Positions 49,641 to 61,856 of a stretch of DNA of 64,000 nt are shown here, in pieces. The notes under the pieces are model-generated. The model saw only the letters and a program-made list of their open reading frames with translations, was not told where the DNA came from and ran no database searches. The position numbers were made by a program, and so were the translations under genes. The stretch's first letter is position 1, and each line of letters opens with the position of its first letter. The DNA is from Schmidtea nova (lineage: Eukaryota). The stretch covers positions 135,036,001-135,100,000 of the forward strand of contig CM097882.1 of assembly GCA_044892505.1 (NCBI GenBank), read 5' to 3'.

Positions 49641-52600
49641 TAATTTCTAAGGCTACCTATTGTGCAATAAAATAAGTATAGGTGTGGTAAGAAGGCATTC
49701 TTCTATGACCTATGATAAACACCTATTAGAAACAGATCACAAGTACTAATTTTAATACTTATTAGATTCAGCCAAAAACACCTTCAGTCCTTTGACATTG
49801 TGATTTATTTGATGAGCAATCACAATAAAATCTTTTCGAAGTCATATGGAGACACTAACACTATTTCTACTGATAAAGGTTTTGAATAGATCCTTCTAGT
49901 TAAGAGATTGTTTCAGAATGTTTGAAAGCAAAGGATTATGTTGCTTCTGATAATCACCTTTCAAGATACTCAGTCGTTTTGGATGTTAAATACCTAATTA
50001 AAACTCAAATATCAGGAGGTATTACAGTAGAATATTTTGTCATTCTGTTCTCACGTATCATTTCTACTTTGTAATATAACATATATGTTGAAAGAGATAT
50101 TATTATACGATCTCACAAAGACGGATGACAGGTTGAATCCTAAAATAGATTGTTTAAAGGATCATATTTATATAAAAATTAACAATCCCAGTGTCAGTTA
50201 TAAAAATATGTGTTGCACTATTCAATTAACTTGAATTTGATGTAAAAAGCAACCGTGACAGACTACTTCTGAATGATATTGTAGTGTTTATGTATGGGTC
50301 GTTAAATTTTTATTGTTATTAGGGTTACTGTAAACTAGGCCCCTTCTAAAAATAAAACTGTCCGTCATGCGTGTAGCCATGACTACTCCCTGTTAATTAT
50401 GTTAGAAATGTATACAGAGATATGAGAATCAACTAGTAAGTGAGCGCCGTTTCCAAAACAACTCATATTTTCATTCTCATTTCAGACTACTGGCTGCCGA
50501 TGGAATATATTACACACAAGATTACTTCATCTTTCTAAGGTCCACTCTATTACCGATTCATATTTTTCAAGAACATTGCATATTACTTTCTGGAATTAAT
50601 ACCAATTCCGTTTTCATCTGCCCCCTATTGATTTTTTAAAATGTTTTTCAGTGTATAGCCTGTAATTCCAGAGTAAATTTTGAAAAATTTCGCTGAATCT
50701 GACACTATTTCTTAGCAAAATTTTCCCCAACTTTTTCTTTAAGATTTACTTTATCCCACATATGTTCTAGATTCCATTATTATAATTATTAAAATATCTA
50801 TATTTTGAGAACGTGATGAGGATAAAATCCTTATCGAAGCTCCATTTATAACTTTTCGCAAGTTTATACATCTAATATAAATACTATACGTCCTGTAAAA
50901 GGTAGATGACATAGGAATGAAAGAAGGACCCACTGCCGTTACTTCTACAAAAAAGTATTTTAATCTTGACCCTTGATCCAAACACTGCAGTTTCTACCCT
51001 TAACTGATTTTAAATTACTTTATCATGGTGACAGACCACCAAACTACCGTCTAGCCCGAATAAGATCATCAGCCAGAAAAAGGAACCTCAAATGTCATTT
51101 TCAAGCCTCCAAAATTTCTTCAGTTAATTGAACCTCCTTTTAGCTTATCCAATTCCAGAAAATTATTTAAACTAGAGCGTATTATAAAACCATTAAAAAT
51201 AAAATCAAATAAATTAAAAAGTTTATTAAAAAAATGAACTTTAAATTATATTAACTATTTAACATATCTCTCAAAATATTTTGCATAAAGTTATGTTTAA
51301 TAGAAAAACTTGACTGGTCAGAACCAAGTTTAATTAATGATTTCAGCGTCGTATTTAATCTAAATATTTGTTTACACCGACGCACTATGTTCTCGGGTTT
51401 CACATGCACTATACAGAATTTCTCTCATACGCACTATTATTCAAATTAGAATTAAATCCTCATACATATTCTTTTAAATGAATTATTTTATATTTCGACT
51501 GATAGATTTAATTTTTAATATATTTTTTTACTATTTACAGTACCTTGATGTGTGTATGTTCATCGTGGTCCCACCCTGATGAACGTTAGTGGGCGAAATT
51601 TGATTGATTAAAAGAATCAATTTTCTTTTAATATTATTTCTGAAATTTTACCGATATTTCAATAGAGATTTTTACAAAATTATTCTCTTCCTTTTCATTC
51701 TATTTTGATGCCTTGATCATGATTTTCTTATCTAACACTAGCTATGCTCTTTCCACATTCAATTTTCATGCAGAACTTCGTATGTAAATTCGCCCTACAA
51801 TAAAATTGTGTGCTCTTTTTAGATGCTTCTTTTCTATAGTTTTTACATGCTTTTACGAGTTTGTCAAATGCGATTTGTATACCTATTATGTTGATTCATT
51901 ATTTTAATTAATCATGCTTGTTGATCCTCTTTTATTGTCGTGAATTTACACTAATGTTATTATCGCGGATTTTAAAGTTAGCTTATTGCAGTCCATGTGT
52001 ATTTAAAACGCGTTAAAACAAATCAAAGTTTGCACTCCTGTTAACCCAAAAATAGTTTCTTTGGTTTTAAACCTTATTTTATAGAAGTAAGCTTAGATAT
52101 AGAAATATTGCTAGCAATTCTATTTAAATAAACTTATTTTGAAAGAGTAAATTGTCATTCATTTACAAAAGGTAATGTTAATAAACTCTTAAAAGTATTT
52201 GTATAAATTTTTCAAATCCTTAATGTCATAAAAGCACTAGGGTAACTTAAGCGTTAAACTAACTGTTTTAGAGAAAGAATATTTTTAAAATATTGCTTTA
52301 ACTGTTTATCTAATTAAACAATATAATGGCTTGAAAAATTCGTTAATTAATTAAAATTTATATTTAAAATATTTATTTATCTTAATGACGCAATCAAAAT
52401 ATAAATTTAAAATCAATTACTATTATAGTGAAAAGTTTGGTCTATTTTATTAAAAAAATTCCTTTTAAGTAAATTTTGTACAAAATCATTTAAAAAAATC
52501 ATTCTGCATAATATTCTTGTTTTATTTAGTAAACAATAACATAGAACAGAAATTATTAATCTTACAAGATATTGTATCAAAGTTGGTATTGCTAATTAAA

Positions 52601-52901
52601 TTAACTAAATAAACTAATAATATGAAACAGAAATTTATCAATAAAAGATTATCAATAAAATGAATGTTCATTTAAAAAAAAAATATTTTAAATATTATCT
52701 TATATTTCTATATTTGTTAATTAATGCTTTTTTAATTGCCAAAAACTGCTTAAGCATTAAATTCAACCGTCAGTATTTTAATCAAAATAAAAATTCATAA
52801 TTTTTCCTATTTCCTTTTATCAATTTACGTGCAAATTATTAATAGTGAAAAATAATTGATTATTTAAAAAAAGAAAAAGAATTAAATACTAATTAATTTA
52901 G

Positions 52902-55402
52902 TTAAATGAACAAAGAAATTGTGACAAACTCCAAAATTGGTTTACAGTTCATTTTGGAACAAATACTCAAGTATTTTCTATTTGTTTTTAAAATCAATGA
53001 GACAAATTCTCGTAGAATCTTTTGGAAAATGTAGAAATCAGCAATGTGATAACATGCAATGCAATATCTGGGGATGAAAGCAATGCAACAGTTATTATTG
53101 GCGTGAGACTTGTAAATGATGATGCAATTCTTAGTAAACTTATTAAATATTTTATTTATAAAATTATATACATATATGCATCAGGTATTGAGGAGGCAAT
53201 TGAAGAAAAGTTGATCAATGTGGAATATCAAACTTGTAGATGTGATCGAGAAAATAAAGATGAAATGAGTTGGAGAAACGCAATAGAAGAGAAAGTAATG
53301 ATTGCCTGCGAAATCCGTAAAGACATGTTGACAGCGGAATATGTGAAATGCCTAATAGAAAGCAACATAAATGAATATATAAATACGGATGACATAGAAA
53401 TCCTAGGAGCAGTTGATACATCGGATAATAAATTATTGGAAACGAATGAAGCGGTTGATAGGAAAGTATTAGATTTGAATGGGCATTTATTTACGGATGA
53501 ATTGAGCAATTGTGTGATGGGATTAAGGCAAGCAATTGATAATGGATTTGTATTGGCAAAGAAAAAGGATGTTGATTGTGAATTACACCGAGTGCTTGTA
53601 GGGTCAGTGAAGGTAGGTAAAGGTCAAAATGAAATGAGCTTAGAAGAAGCAATAAAAGCAAAAGTGATTGATCAATTAGAAAACGTATACAAAATAGAAG
53701 AGGAAAATGTAGAGATGCGCATAATGGATGCGATAATGTTGGGAATGATAAACATTGGAGAGAAAACGGAAGGAGAAGAATTAAGTTGTAAATCATTTGC
53801 AATTGTACAAAGAAAACCGAGCGATCCAGAAATAGCAGAATTATGTGAATATTCACCAGATAAAGCAGTGAATGTGAAGATCTTGTGCAAGGCCATTGAA
53901 TGTGATTGCATGAATGAATTTCTGATTTGTGATGATGTGAAAGAAAGTATTGCGAAAAGCATATTCAAGAATCGTTTGGAATTAGATCCAATGATTTGTG
54001 ATGTCGGTGAAGAAAAGAAAAGCATTTTGAAAGGATTTGTGAAAGGTTTGATAGATTTTGAAGAAATGAAACGGTTGTTAGAAAATGTGAAAGATTTATT
54101 TGCAGGAGAAATGTTAGAAAGGTTGGATGAAGATTCAAATGGTAAAGAAATCATTGAAGCGTTGAACAGTGCCGACATGAATGATCGGCTGGCGGAGATA
54201 TTAATAATTGATGAAAAGGATTCCACGATAGAAAGTGTATCAAATATTGATGAGGGCGACGAGAACAAGAAATATAAAACAAAGATTAACGTTGATGAAT
54301 TATTGAAAAATCTTAATCAATTGAAATGTTTTGATAGATTTGGAATGGACACGATTGAAACTGCAGTAATTGGAAAGAATGAAGATAGAAAGGAAGAGTT
54401 CGAGATGCCGATATTTGAATCAGTAATGAATGGGATGTTTGATTTGGATGAGGTGGAAATATTTGATGAGAAAGGAAGAGAAATGTGTTCAATGATTGAA
54501 AGTGTCGCACGAGGACTGATTGATGTGAAGGCAGCAGAAAGTATTTTGGATTGTTTAGAATCGCTGAGCTTTGAAGAACTAATAAAAGCTGGAATATTTG
54601 ACATGGGAAATAATTGTTTTGATAAAACGTTGTCACTGGAAGATGCAATTGAAGAGGATTTGTTGAGACCAGAAGTTGTATATTTGAATTTGTGTGAGGA
54701 GAATAAATTAATAAATTTGAGTAAAATGATTGAATGTGGAATGTTGAACGCTTCAGAAAATAAAGTGAAGATAGAGAAAAGAAATGGGGAAATAGTGGAA
54801 ATGAAATTGAATGAAGCACTGAAGGAAGAAAACGGAATATTGTCAAGTGTTGTGAATAGTGAAGAAATGAAAAAACAGTTTCCAAGATGTTTGAAAGATC
54901 TGTTGACAAATGAAGAAGTGAATAAAGATAATGACATAATAATATTTCCTGGAACGAAAATAAAACCAATGCTGATAAAAGATGGATTGGAAAACAGTTT
55001 GTTGAATGAAGAATCAACGGTGAAATTGATAGAATGGAATTTGGAATCCGGAGTAAATGCAATGGAATACTGTGGGGATCCAGAAATTGCAGATCTCATC
55101 AATGATTTGAATGGATTATCAATAATTTTACCTGAAGTGTTGGAGAACTTGAGAAATGGAGAAAACGAAGATGTGATGAAAGTAAACGATAAACAAACGA
55201 TACATGAAATGATAATGATGAAAATTCTACTTAGATATTAGAAGCATCCGTGAAATCAAACTTAGATGAAGAAGTGAATTTATTCGACCGAATCAAAGCT
55301 TGTCTGCGTGACCACGCGAGCCATGACAGTGTTGATGAGGAGAGGCCTGGTGTAAAGGCGCTGAATGCAAAGTACGACGATGTTAGGTCTTTGTTAGAAG
55401 AG
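52902..55402 (+). CDS. Plakin-repeat module 5: exons 52902-52970, 53016-53133, 53185-55181, 55235-55402
   Basis: 69-nt exon LNEQRNCDKLQNWFTVHFGTNTQ. Introns of 45, 51 and 53 nt. 2352 nt. The large and last exons are near-identical to module 4. Confidence 0.8.
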
Positions 55403-56139
55403 GTTTGTTCGATAATTATTATTTATCAGTAATACTCTAAATGAATTAATACTACTTAAATTGAACGTATTTTCCTAATGAACATCTTGATTCACTGAAC
55501 ACATTTTATACATTTCGATTTCTGTATTGCGACACCTTCTTAAAATGATGATGTTACTCTTTATTTAAAAGTAGACACAAATTTCCTAAAAAAACATTTT
55601 AAATTGAGAACTGCTAAAGTATTGCAAAACAATTTTAGCCGTTCTATAAAAATTATTTCCTACATAAAAGCATAAAAATGACACAGATCGCAATAAATAT
55701 AACATTTATGGTTATTTGAACTTATAACAAATCTTTTTACAAACTTTTGTTGACAATTTTTTATATATTTAAAAAATCTTAATATCATAATTAATAAGAC
55801 TTTAGATCTACTATTATTAAATATATTATTTTTGATAAATTAAAAATATTGAAATAACTAAAAGAAAGACCATCTTCTTAAATAATTTTTATAATATATC
55901 TTGCAGGTCAGCTAAATCTTCAGACGATAAGTAAATTTAATAATATGATCATATATATATATAGAATGGGTTAATATTTTTATATTTATGTTGAGAATGA
56001 AAATATTTTTTAAATTATGTTTATGTAGAGTTATAGTAGGCTGTGTGATAGAGATTTGTGTTGTGGGAGAAGTTGTAGTGCCCGATTTATGTTCGGACAG
56101 TCGGGGTGTCTGCTGTATATTTGTGTGCTTGCGCGCGTG

Positions 56140-57879
56140 TGTATAGGTTATTTGAGATTTATGTCGAAATAACAAAATTTTTACAATATAATAACGCTTT
56201 TATTTAATTTTAACAATAATAACACGTACTGTTCTTGATAGATTTGACCTTCTTAATTTGTCTTCTTTGAAAATTACTTTGTTAATTTCCTCAAACTTTC
56301 TTAAAATAAAAAGAATATTATTTTTGGTTTGCAACCGTTGTTGAAATATTTGAGATTCTTATTTAAGCTCCTTATTATTTGAACTTCTAATTAACAAAAA
56401 AAAACACTTGCAAGCAAATTCATAAATTTTTAAAGATTTTTTATTTCTGATTTGGCTTACTATAGTTATTTACTATAGTAAGCCAAAATTAAAATTCATA
56501 ATTTGAATTTTAATAATAAAAATTTAATATGAATAAAAAATAAAAATTACAACAAAAAAGGAGGGAAACATAATCACACAAAATCGTTAACATTACACAC
56601 ACCAAATCAACTTCCCCCTTTAGAACCAGAAGTTAACATGAAAATAAAATTAAAAAAATTTAACTTTTAACATTAACAGTTAACCTAAAACCATTTTATT
56701 TGTTTTGTTTTGTTTTGTGTTTTACAACGATTTAACAAAAAAAATAAAAACTGTACAACCAACATTGTTTGTGCATGGTTTTTGCTTGTGTGTGTTGGTA
56801 TTTTTATTTGAGGCAGTCACTGTATCGTTTGTTTTGTATTGGTGTAATTGTTGTGTTTCGGTTAGGAAGTTGTTGGTGTTTTTTGTTTATTTGGTTTTGT
56901 GTTGTTTGGTTGTTATACTGGTAGGGTTTTAACTTGCGAATGTTGATTCTGATTTCCCGATTGTTTATTAGTAGGGTACCCACATTTTTGTTCAGATTGA
57001 TTAATTTGTAGGGACCTTCATATACTGGTGAACGGTTTTTTTTATTAACACGGAATCTACGATGAGGTATGTTTTTGCATGTTTGGGTTTGTCATTTCTA
57101 TTTACGAAAGCTTCTTTTGTTTCGTTATGCTTTGTTTGTGCTTTGACTTCGAATGTTTTGTCCGTGTTTTCGACATTTTTTATTAAGTTTGGGAGGTTTG
57201 TTGAATGTCCAAAAGTTAGTTGGCTAGGGCTTTTATTATTTATCAAAGATGGATTATTTCGTAATTCGATTAGGATTTCTGGAAGTTTTTTTAACCAGTT
57301 TCTGTCATTAGCTTTAGTCCGTATCGCTTGTTTTAAGGATCTGTGAAGTCTTTCCACTTTGCCGTTTGTCTGTGGGTTATATACTGTTGTTCTGACTTTT
57401 TTATTTTGTATTTTGTGCATAGTCCTTTGAATAGATCTGATTCGAATTGTCTGCCTTGGTCGCTGATAATTGTTTTTTGAGCATCCGCATCTTGCGAACC
57501 AATTCAGTTCTATGTTTTCGCAGACGGTTTTAGCGGTGATTTCTTTGATTGGTATTGTTTCAAACCAGTTTGTTTTCCGGTCAATCATTGTTAATAGGTA
57601 TTTGTAGTTGTTATTGGGTCGAAGTGGTCCTACTAGATCGACGTGGACGGTTTCGAATGGTTCGGAGGTTGCGAATTTTATTTTTGATATTTTGAATCTT
57701 TTTGTTATTTAGTTATTTCGATATAAATCGCAAATAACTTATACATGATTTGGTGTGTGTAATGTTAACGATTTTGTGTGATTATGTTCCCCCCTTTTTG
57801 TTGTTAATTTCTATTTTTTATTCATATTAAATTTTATTATTAAAATTAAAATTATGAATTTGAATTTTGCCTTACTATA
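56140..57879 (-). mobile_element. Ty3/Gypsy 3' fragment: integrase, PPT and 3' LTR (56140-56609), plus an inverted LTR-end/LTR-start junction at 57712-57879
   Basis: FETVHVDLVGPL...KYLLTMIDRKTNWFE, YNPQTNGKVERLHRSLK, VYEGPY module. Minus-strand PPT aaagggggaag precedes TGATTTGG...ATACA (470 bp, AATAAA near its end). Confidence 0.85.
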
Positions 57880-59239
57880 AAAGTCTCCAGTGAGGCAGTT
57901 ATTTACATATTGCAGTTTATAATGAACAGCAATGGGAACAAATGTCACAAACACACACACACACAAATACTGAATATCTGTAGTGCTGAGAGAGTTAGTA
58001 TTTCGTTATATTACCTTCCATCTGGATAACAAGGCGCACTCATTTAGACATTGTATAGACCACTTTTGCCAGGAAATAAGTGGAGATGTGTGACCATTCC
58101 TCATGTAGATGCGTTTCCAGTTCGGAGGCGTTACGGGCTATAGGAATCATTTTGCGAATTCGTCTACCAAGGACGTCCCACAGAAACTCAATAGGATTCA
58201 GATCAGGGCTTCTTGGAACCCAATCCAAAACGTGGATGCTGTGCTGTAGAAAGAATTCCTTCATAATGGGCGAAGTATGCTTTGGTGCATTATTCTGTTG
58301 GAAAATGAGCCCCTCAATTTCTGGGAGAAAGGGAACAAGCTCATTTTCCAGAATGACACGGTATTCCACTGACGTCATGTGATTGCTGCACTTCACTAGA
58401 GGACCAGTTCCACGAGCTGAGAAAAGACTCCAAAACATGTTGGAGCCTCCTCCATATTTCACAGTTGGCTGAATACAGTCAGGGTGAAATCGTTTTTCTA
58501 CACGACGTCAGCAGAATTGCTGTCCACCAGATTTGAAAAGAATGAAACGTGATTCATCACTCCAAATGACTGAGCGCCATTGTTCTGCTGTCCAACTCCT
58601 TCTGTCCCGGCACCACTTCGAGCGACGACGATGAATTGTTTCTGAAATCAAAGACTTCTTTATGCAGTATCTTCCATATAAACCGTGAAAATGTAATGCG
58701 CGATGAATGGTGGATATGCTGGCATGCACAGGGCCAGTGTTAAATGTGGACACTAACTTGGACAGGAGCAACCGACGATGAGCCACCACAAATCGTTTCA
58801 GCTGCTGTTGTGTACGGATGCTCTGAAGTTTAGGGTGAACTGACGTTGCTTGTTGACACGTGTCTGCTCATGGCGGTACTTCCTCAGGAAGTAGTTAATA
58901 GTTCTTTTGGGATGGCCAGTCAATGCAGCAGTTTCACTCTGACTTTTTCCACAAAGGTAACATCCGTAAATAATGCCTTTCTGAAAGTCTGTAAGCTCTC
59001 CGAGTAGTCATATTCTAAGAAAATGACAATCCTTCATTAACATGACTCACTGTTATCACTGTTGTGTGTCTAGTGTGAGTAGTCATATTATTTGTGTGTG
59101 TAAGTACGTGCATGCGTACATGTACGTATGCAGCATGTTGAAGGAGCTGGTGACCCTTCTTCCCATTGTTGTTCATATTTGCACTGCAGACGTTCATTAT
59201 AAACTGCAATATGTAAATAACTGCCTGACTGGAGACTTT
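57880..59239 (-). mobile_element. Tc1/mariner DNA transposon, full length, decayed
   Basis: TIRs of at least 48 bp (aaagtctccagt.aggcagttatttacatattgcagtttataatgaac) at both ends; TA dinucleotides at 57878-57879 and 59240-59241. Confidence 0.92.
58040..59011 (-). pseudogene. Tc1 transposase pseudogene (DD34E type)
   Basis: ELTDFQKGIIYG (HTH), VIWSDESRF, KYGGGS.MFW..FS..GTGPLV, IFQQNNAPKH (second catalytic D changed to N), WVPRSPDLNPIEFLW. Frameshifted. Confidence 0.9.
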
Positions 59240-59329
59240 TAGTGTTTTGGAAATTTTATAAAATCTTTTTTAAAAAAATTTGGAAACATTAATGGTAAAA
59301 TAATTTATAAGTGTTGTTAACTTCTGGAC

Positions 59330-59830
59330 ATGTTCAATAATAAATCTGTGACACCATTTGATCTATGTTCTGATCTCATATATCGTTTTTCTCGTAATGG
59401 ATGTGAAGCCACATATATTAGAAAGACAACCTACCATATATTACACAAGTTTGAGAGTATACCAAAAAGAGTGAAAAGTGAAATATTATTGAGCATAAAA
59501 ACATGCAAGAAGAGCATTGATATTTTCCATTTAAAAATATTGTATAAAAATTCTTAAAGCCTTTATGAACTTATAAATTTTGAGGCTTTGATAATGCAAT
59601 CATTTAATTCTAAACTAAATATAAGAAATGCAATTTGTTCGGGCATTTTGAGAGTTTTTAACTAATTTTACTAGGATTAATAAAAGTTTTATTGGATTTT
59701 GCACATGTCATTATGTGATCATTAATACGCGTATAAATATGATTATTTTTTAATTTTTTAAATTTTATTGAATTTGTTTATTGCCTAAAGATAACAGCTG
59801 AGCTGTCGAAATATATTGCAAAATATATAT
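59330..59830 (+). mobile_element. Decayed 3' end of a second Penelope-like element (GIY-YIG remnant plus pLTR)
   Basis: SDLIYRFSRNGCEATYIRKT resembles the GIY-YIG VY.F.C..C...YIG.T motif; a hammerhead-like relic follows ~200 nt later. Confidence 0.6.
59781..59822 (+). ncRNA. Degenerate hammerhead ribozyme relic
   Basis: ttgc-ctaaaga-t-aacagc-tga-gctgtc-gaaa-tatatt-gcaa: stem I ttgc/gcaa, stem II acagc/gctgt, core CUGAAGA changed to CUAAAGA. Confidence 0.55.
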
Positions 59831-61292
59831 TTTTAAAAATGTTGGTTTATTTATTTATAATTTTGATTCCTCAATTGCAATAAAATATCAGACACTCAAG
59901 TACATAGAGGCTAATGAATGATTAAATTCATTTTTTAAATGCCATAACGTTTTTTTCTTGCACTGTTCAGCGGAAGTACTTAAATGGTACCATATTCTAT
60001 AGTTATAAAATCATATCCTTACATTTTACACATAAGAAAATTCACCGTTTCATGTTTTAGTTGATATGGACAATGTAAATTTGCTTAAACAGTTAATTTT
60101 AAATCACGCAATAAAATTCTGTTGACGAAATAAATTTGTTAATTTATTGTTAGGATATTCTTTTCATTGACTAATCTATAGTTAGAGATGAAGAGCTTCA
60201 AGTTTGTGAAATTTTCTTTCGTCAAAATCTGGATAAAATTTTATTTACTTATTTAAAATAAAAATAAAATATGCTCAGTTGCTACAAAAATCAAAACAAG
60301 CTGAAGCTATTTAAATTAAAACGTGTTACCGGAGTTTGTAAATTACTATAATTTAAAGAAAGGTTGTCAAACTTATTTAGCCCATCACACATTTTTCAAA
60401 AGAAAAGGTGGTAACTTCTCACCTAAAGATTTACCTTTTCTATGCGAACAAACAAAAATATACTATGACGAATTTTCAGTGACTGCCAATCGGTTATAAC
60501 TTGCATTTTTGTATATTTGTTTTTTCATCGATATTTATCTTTTTGAATTAAACATGACCACTTTCACATCGAATATCATTGTCTGACGTCACTGTCGACA
60601 TGTTACCCGCCGGAATAAACGTGCCATCAAAATATAATATTGTCAAAATAGTACACATCTCAATTGATATAAAATAGTATAAATAATTATATATTTATTT
60701 TTTGCCCTCCCTAATTTTTTCCATTTTTATCCATTGTGGAATAATTTACAATAGTTCTCCGACCGCTGCTCAATTTTTTGTGATGGCTGTCCCCATTTTA
60801 TTTTCAACTTTTATTTTGTTTCGGTATTTCAATTTTAGATAAATTAATATTGAAAATGTAGACTCACTCAGATAAGTAATTACATAAGATAGAACACATC
60901 AATCTCCTTTTCATGTATTTTAAAAATATTTTTCATAATTTGATATACAAATACCACATAATGCTTGAATTGAAAGTGTAATTTTGAAATTGCTATTGCT
61001 TGACCGATCAACAAATTGTTGCTGTACAACATCGTATAAATGTTTCTTTCTTCTAATATTGAATGGATGTCCGAACTTATCATAGATTGATATATTCATA
61101 TTTGCAGGGAAATCCTTTCAAAACTAATTTCACTCAAAGTATATAAATTAAACAACTGTTGGTATTTTATTTGTCGTGACCCAAAATAAATTCCTTGTGG
61201 CATATTCTAATATAGCGATTCAAAGTTAATGATCCACTAATCTTTAATTGTATCGATCATATCTAGAAGAGATCAATTTCGATGTTCTAAGT

Positions 61293-61856
61293 CAGTGTTT
61301 CTCAAACCGGGGTACGCGAAGGGTCTCCAAGGGGTACGCTAAGGATCCGTATTAGCTACGCGAAAAAAATATTTTTTTCAACATAATTATCTATGCAGGA
61401 ATGAACAAATCCAAAGAAAATAAAAATAAAATAATTCAAAGAATATTCATAATGTATTGCCCTAGCTAGATGCCAGTAGCTAGTTTATTTTTGTCAAATA
61501 TAAACATTATTTTTATAGACTGACTAAAATTTGCTGTGGCGTTTTAAAGATTCTGTGAAAATACATAAAGTGACGTTTTATAGATTCCGTGATTTATTTA
61601 ACGGTCGCCACGACCGTTACGATACGCCACGTATCTCGACTTGAAATCAGTATAATTTTGATTTTTGTGGAGTACAGAGAGCATTGTGTCTGTGTTATAT
61701 CTATTTTTTTTGTGAAAAAAAAATTTTTTTCTCAATAAGGTAAGCTGTTAAAAATTTATTTTTTAATATTAAATCCTACAATTTTCAGTAGGGGGTACAC
61801 AGAGTTGGAAAATGTTTGCAAGGGGTACGCACGGGTCAAAAGTTTGAGAAACACTG
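61293..61856. mobile_element. Non-autonomous hAT (Charlie-type) MITE, 564 bp
   Basis: TIRs cagtgtttctcaaac and gtttgagaaacactg; 8-bp TSD ttctaagt at 61285-61292 and 61857-61864; subterminal ggggtacgc motifs. Confidence 0.93.

Noticed and set aside
51558-51600. CTGATGA...GAAA hammerhead-like motif
   Set aside because: No stem I or III consistent with hammerhead topology; only a small alternative hairpin (gttcatc/gatgaac or cccac/gtggg).
20447-55102. Recurrent antisense ORFs over the large exons (e.g. MFIIRLSNK..., MSALFNAS...)
   Set aside because: Shadow frames of Glu/Lys/Ile-rich sense codons; Ser/Phe/Ile-rich, with no motifs, and repeated only because the sense exon is repeated.
20404-55241. 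Five independent single-exon paralogous genes, as the ORF track suggests
   Set aside because: ORF starts and ends fall inside short GT-AG introns conserved in position across modules, and in-frame exons flank each ORF.
56474-57879. Ginger-type DNA transposon (integrase between ~135-bp inverted repeats)
   Set aside because: The left repeat is preceded by a polypurine tract and continues as a full LTR; no TGT...ACA termini or TSD at the outer ends.
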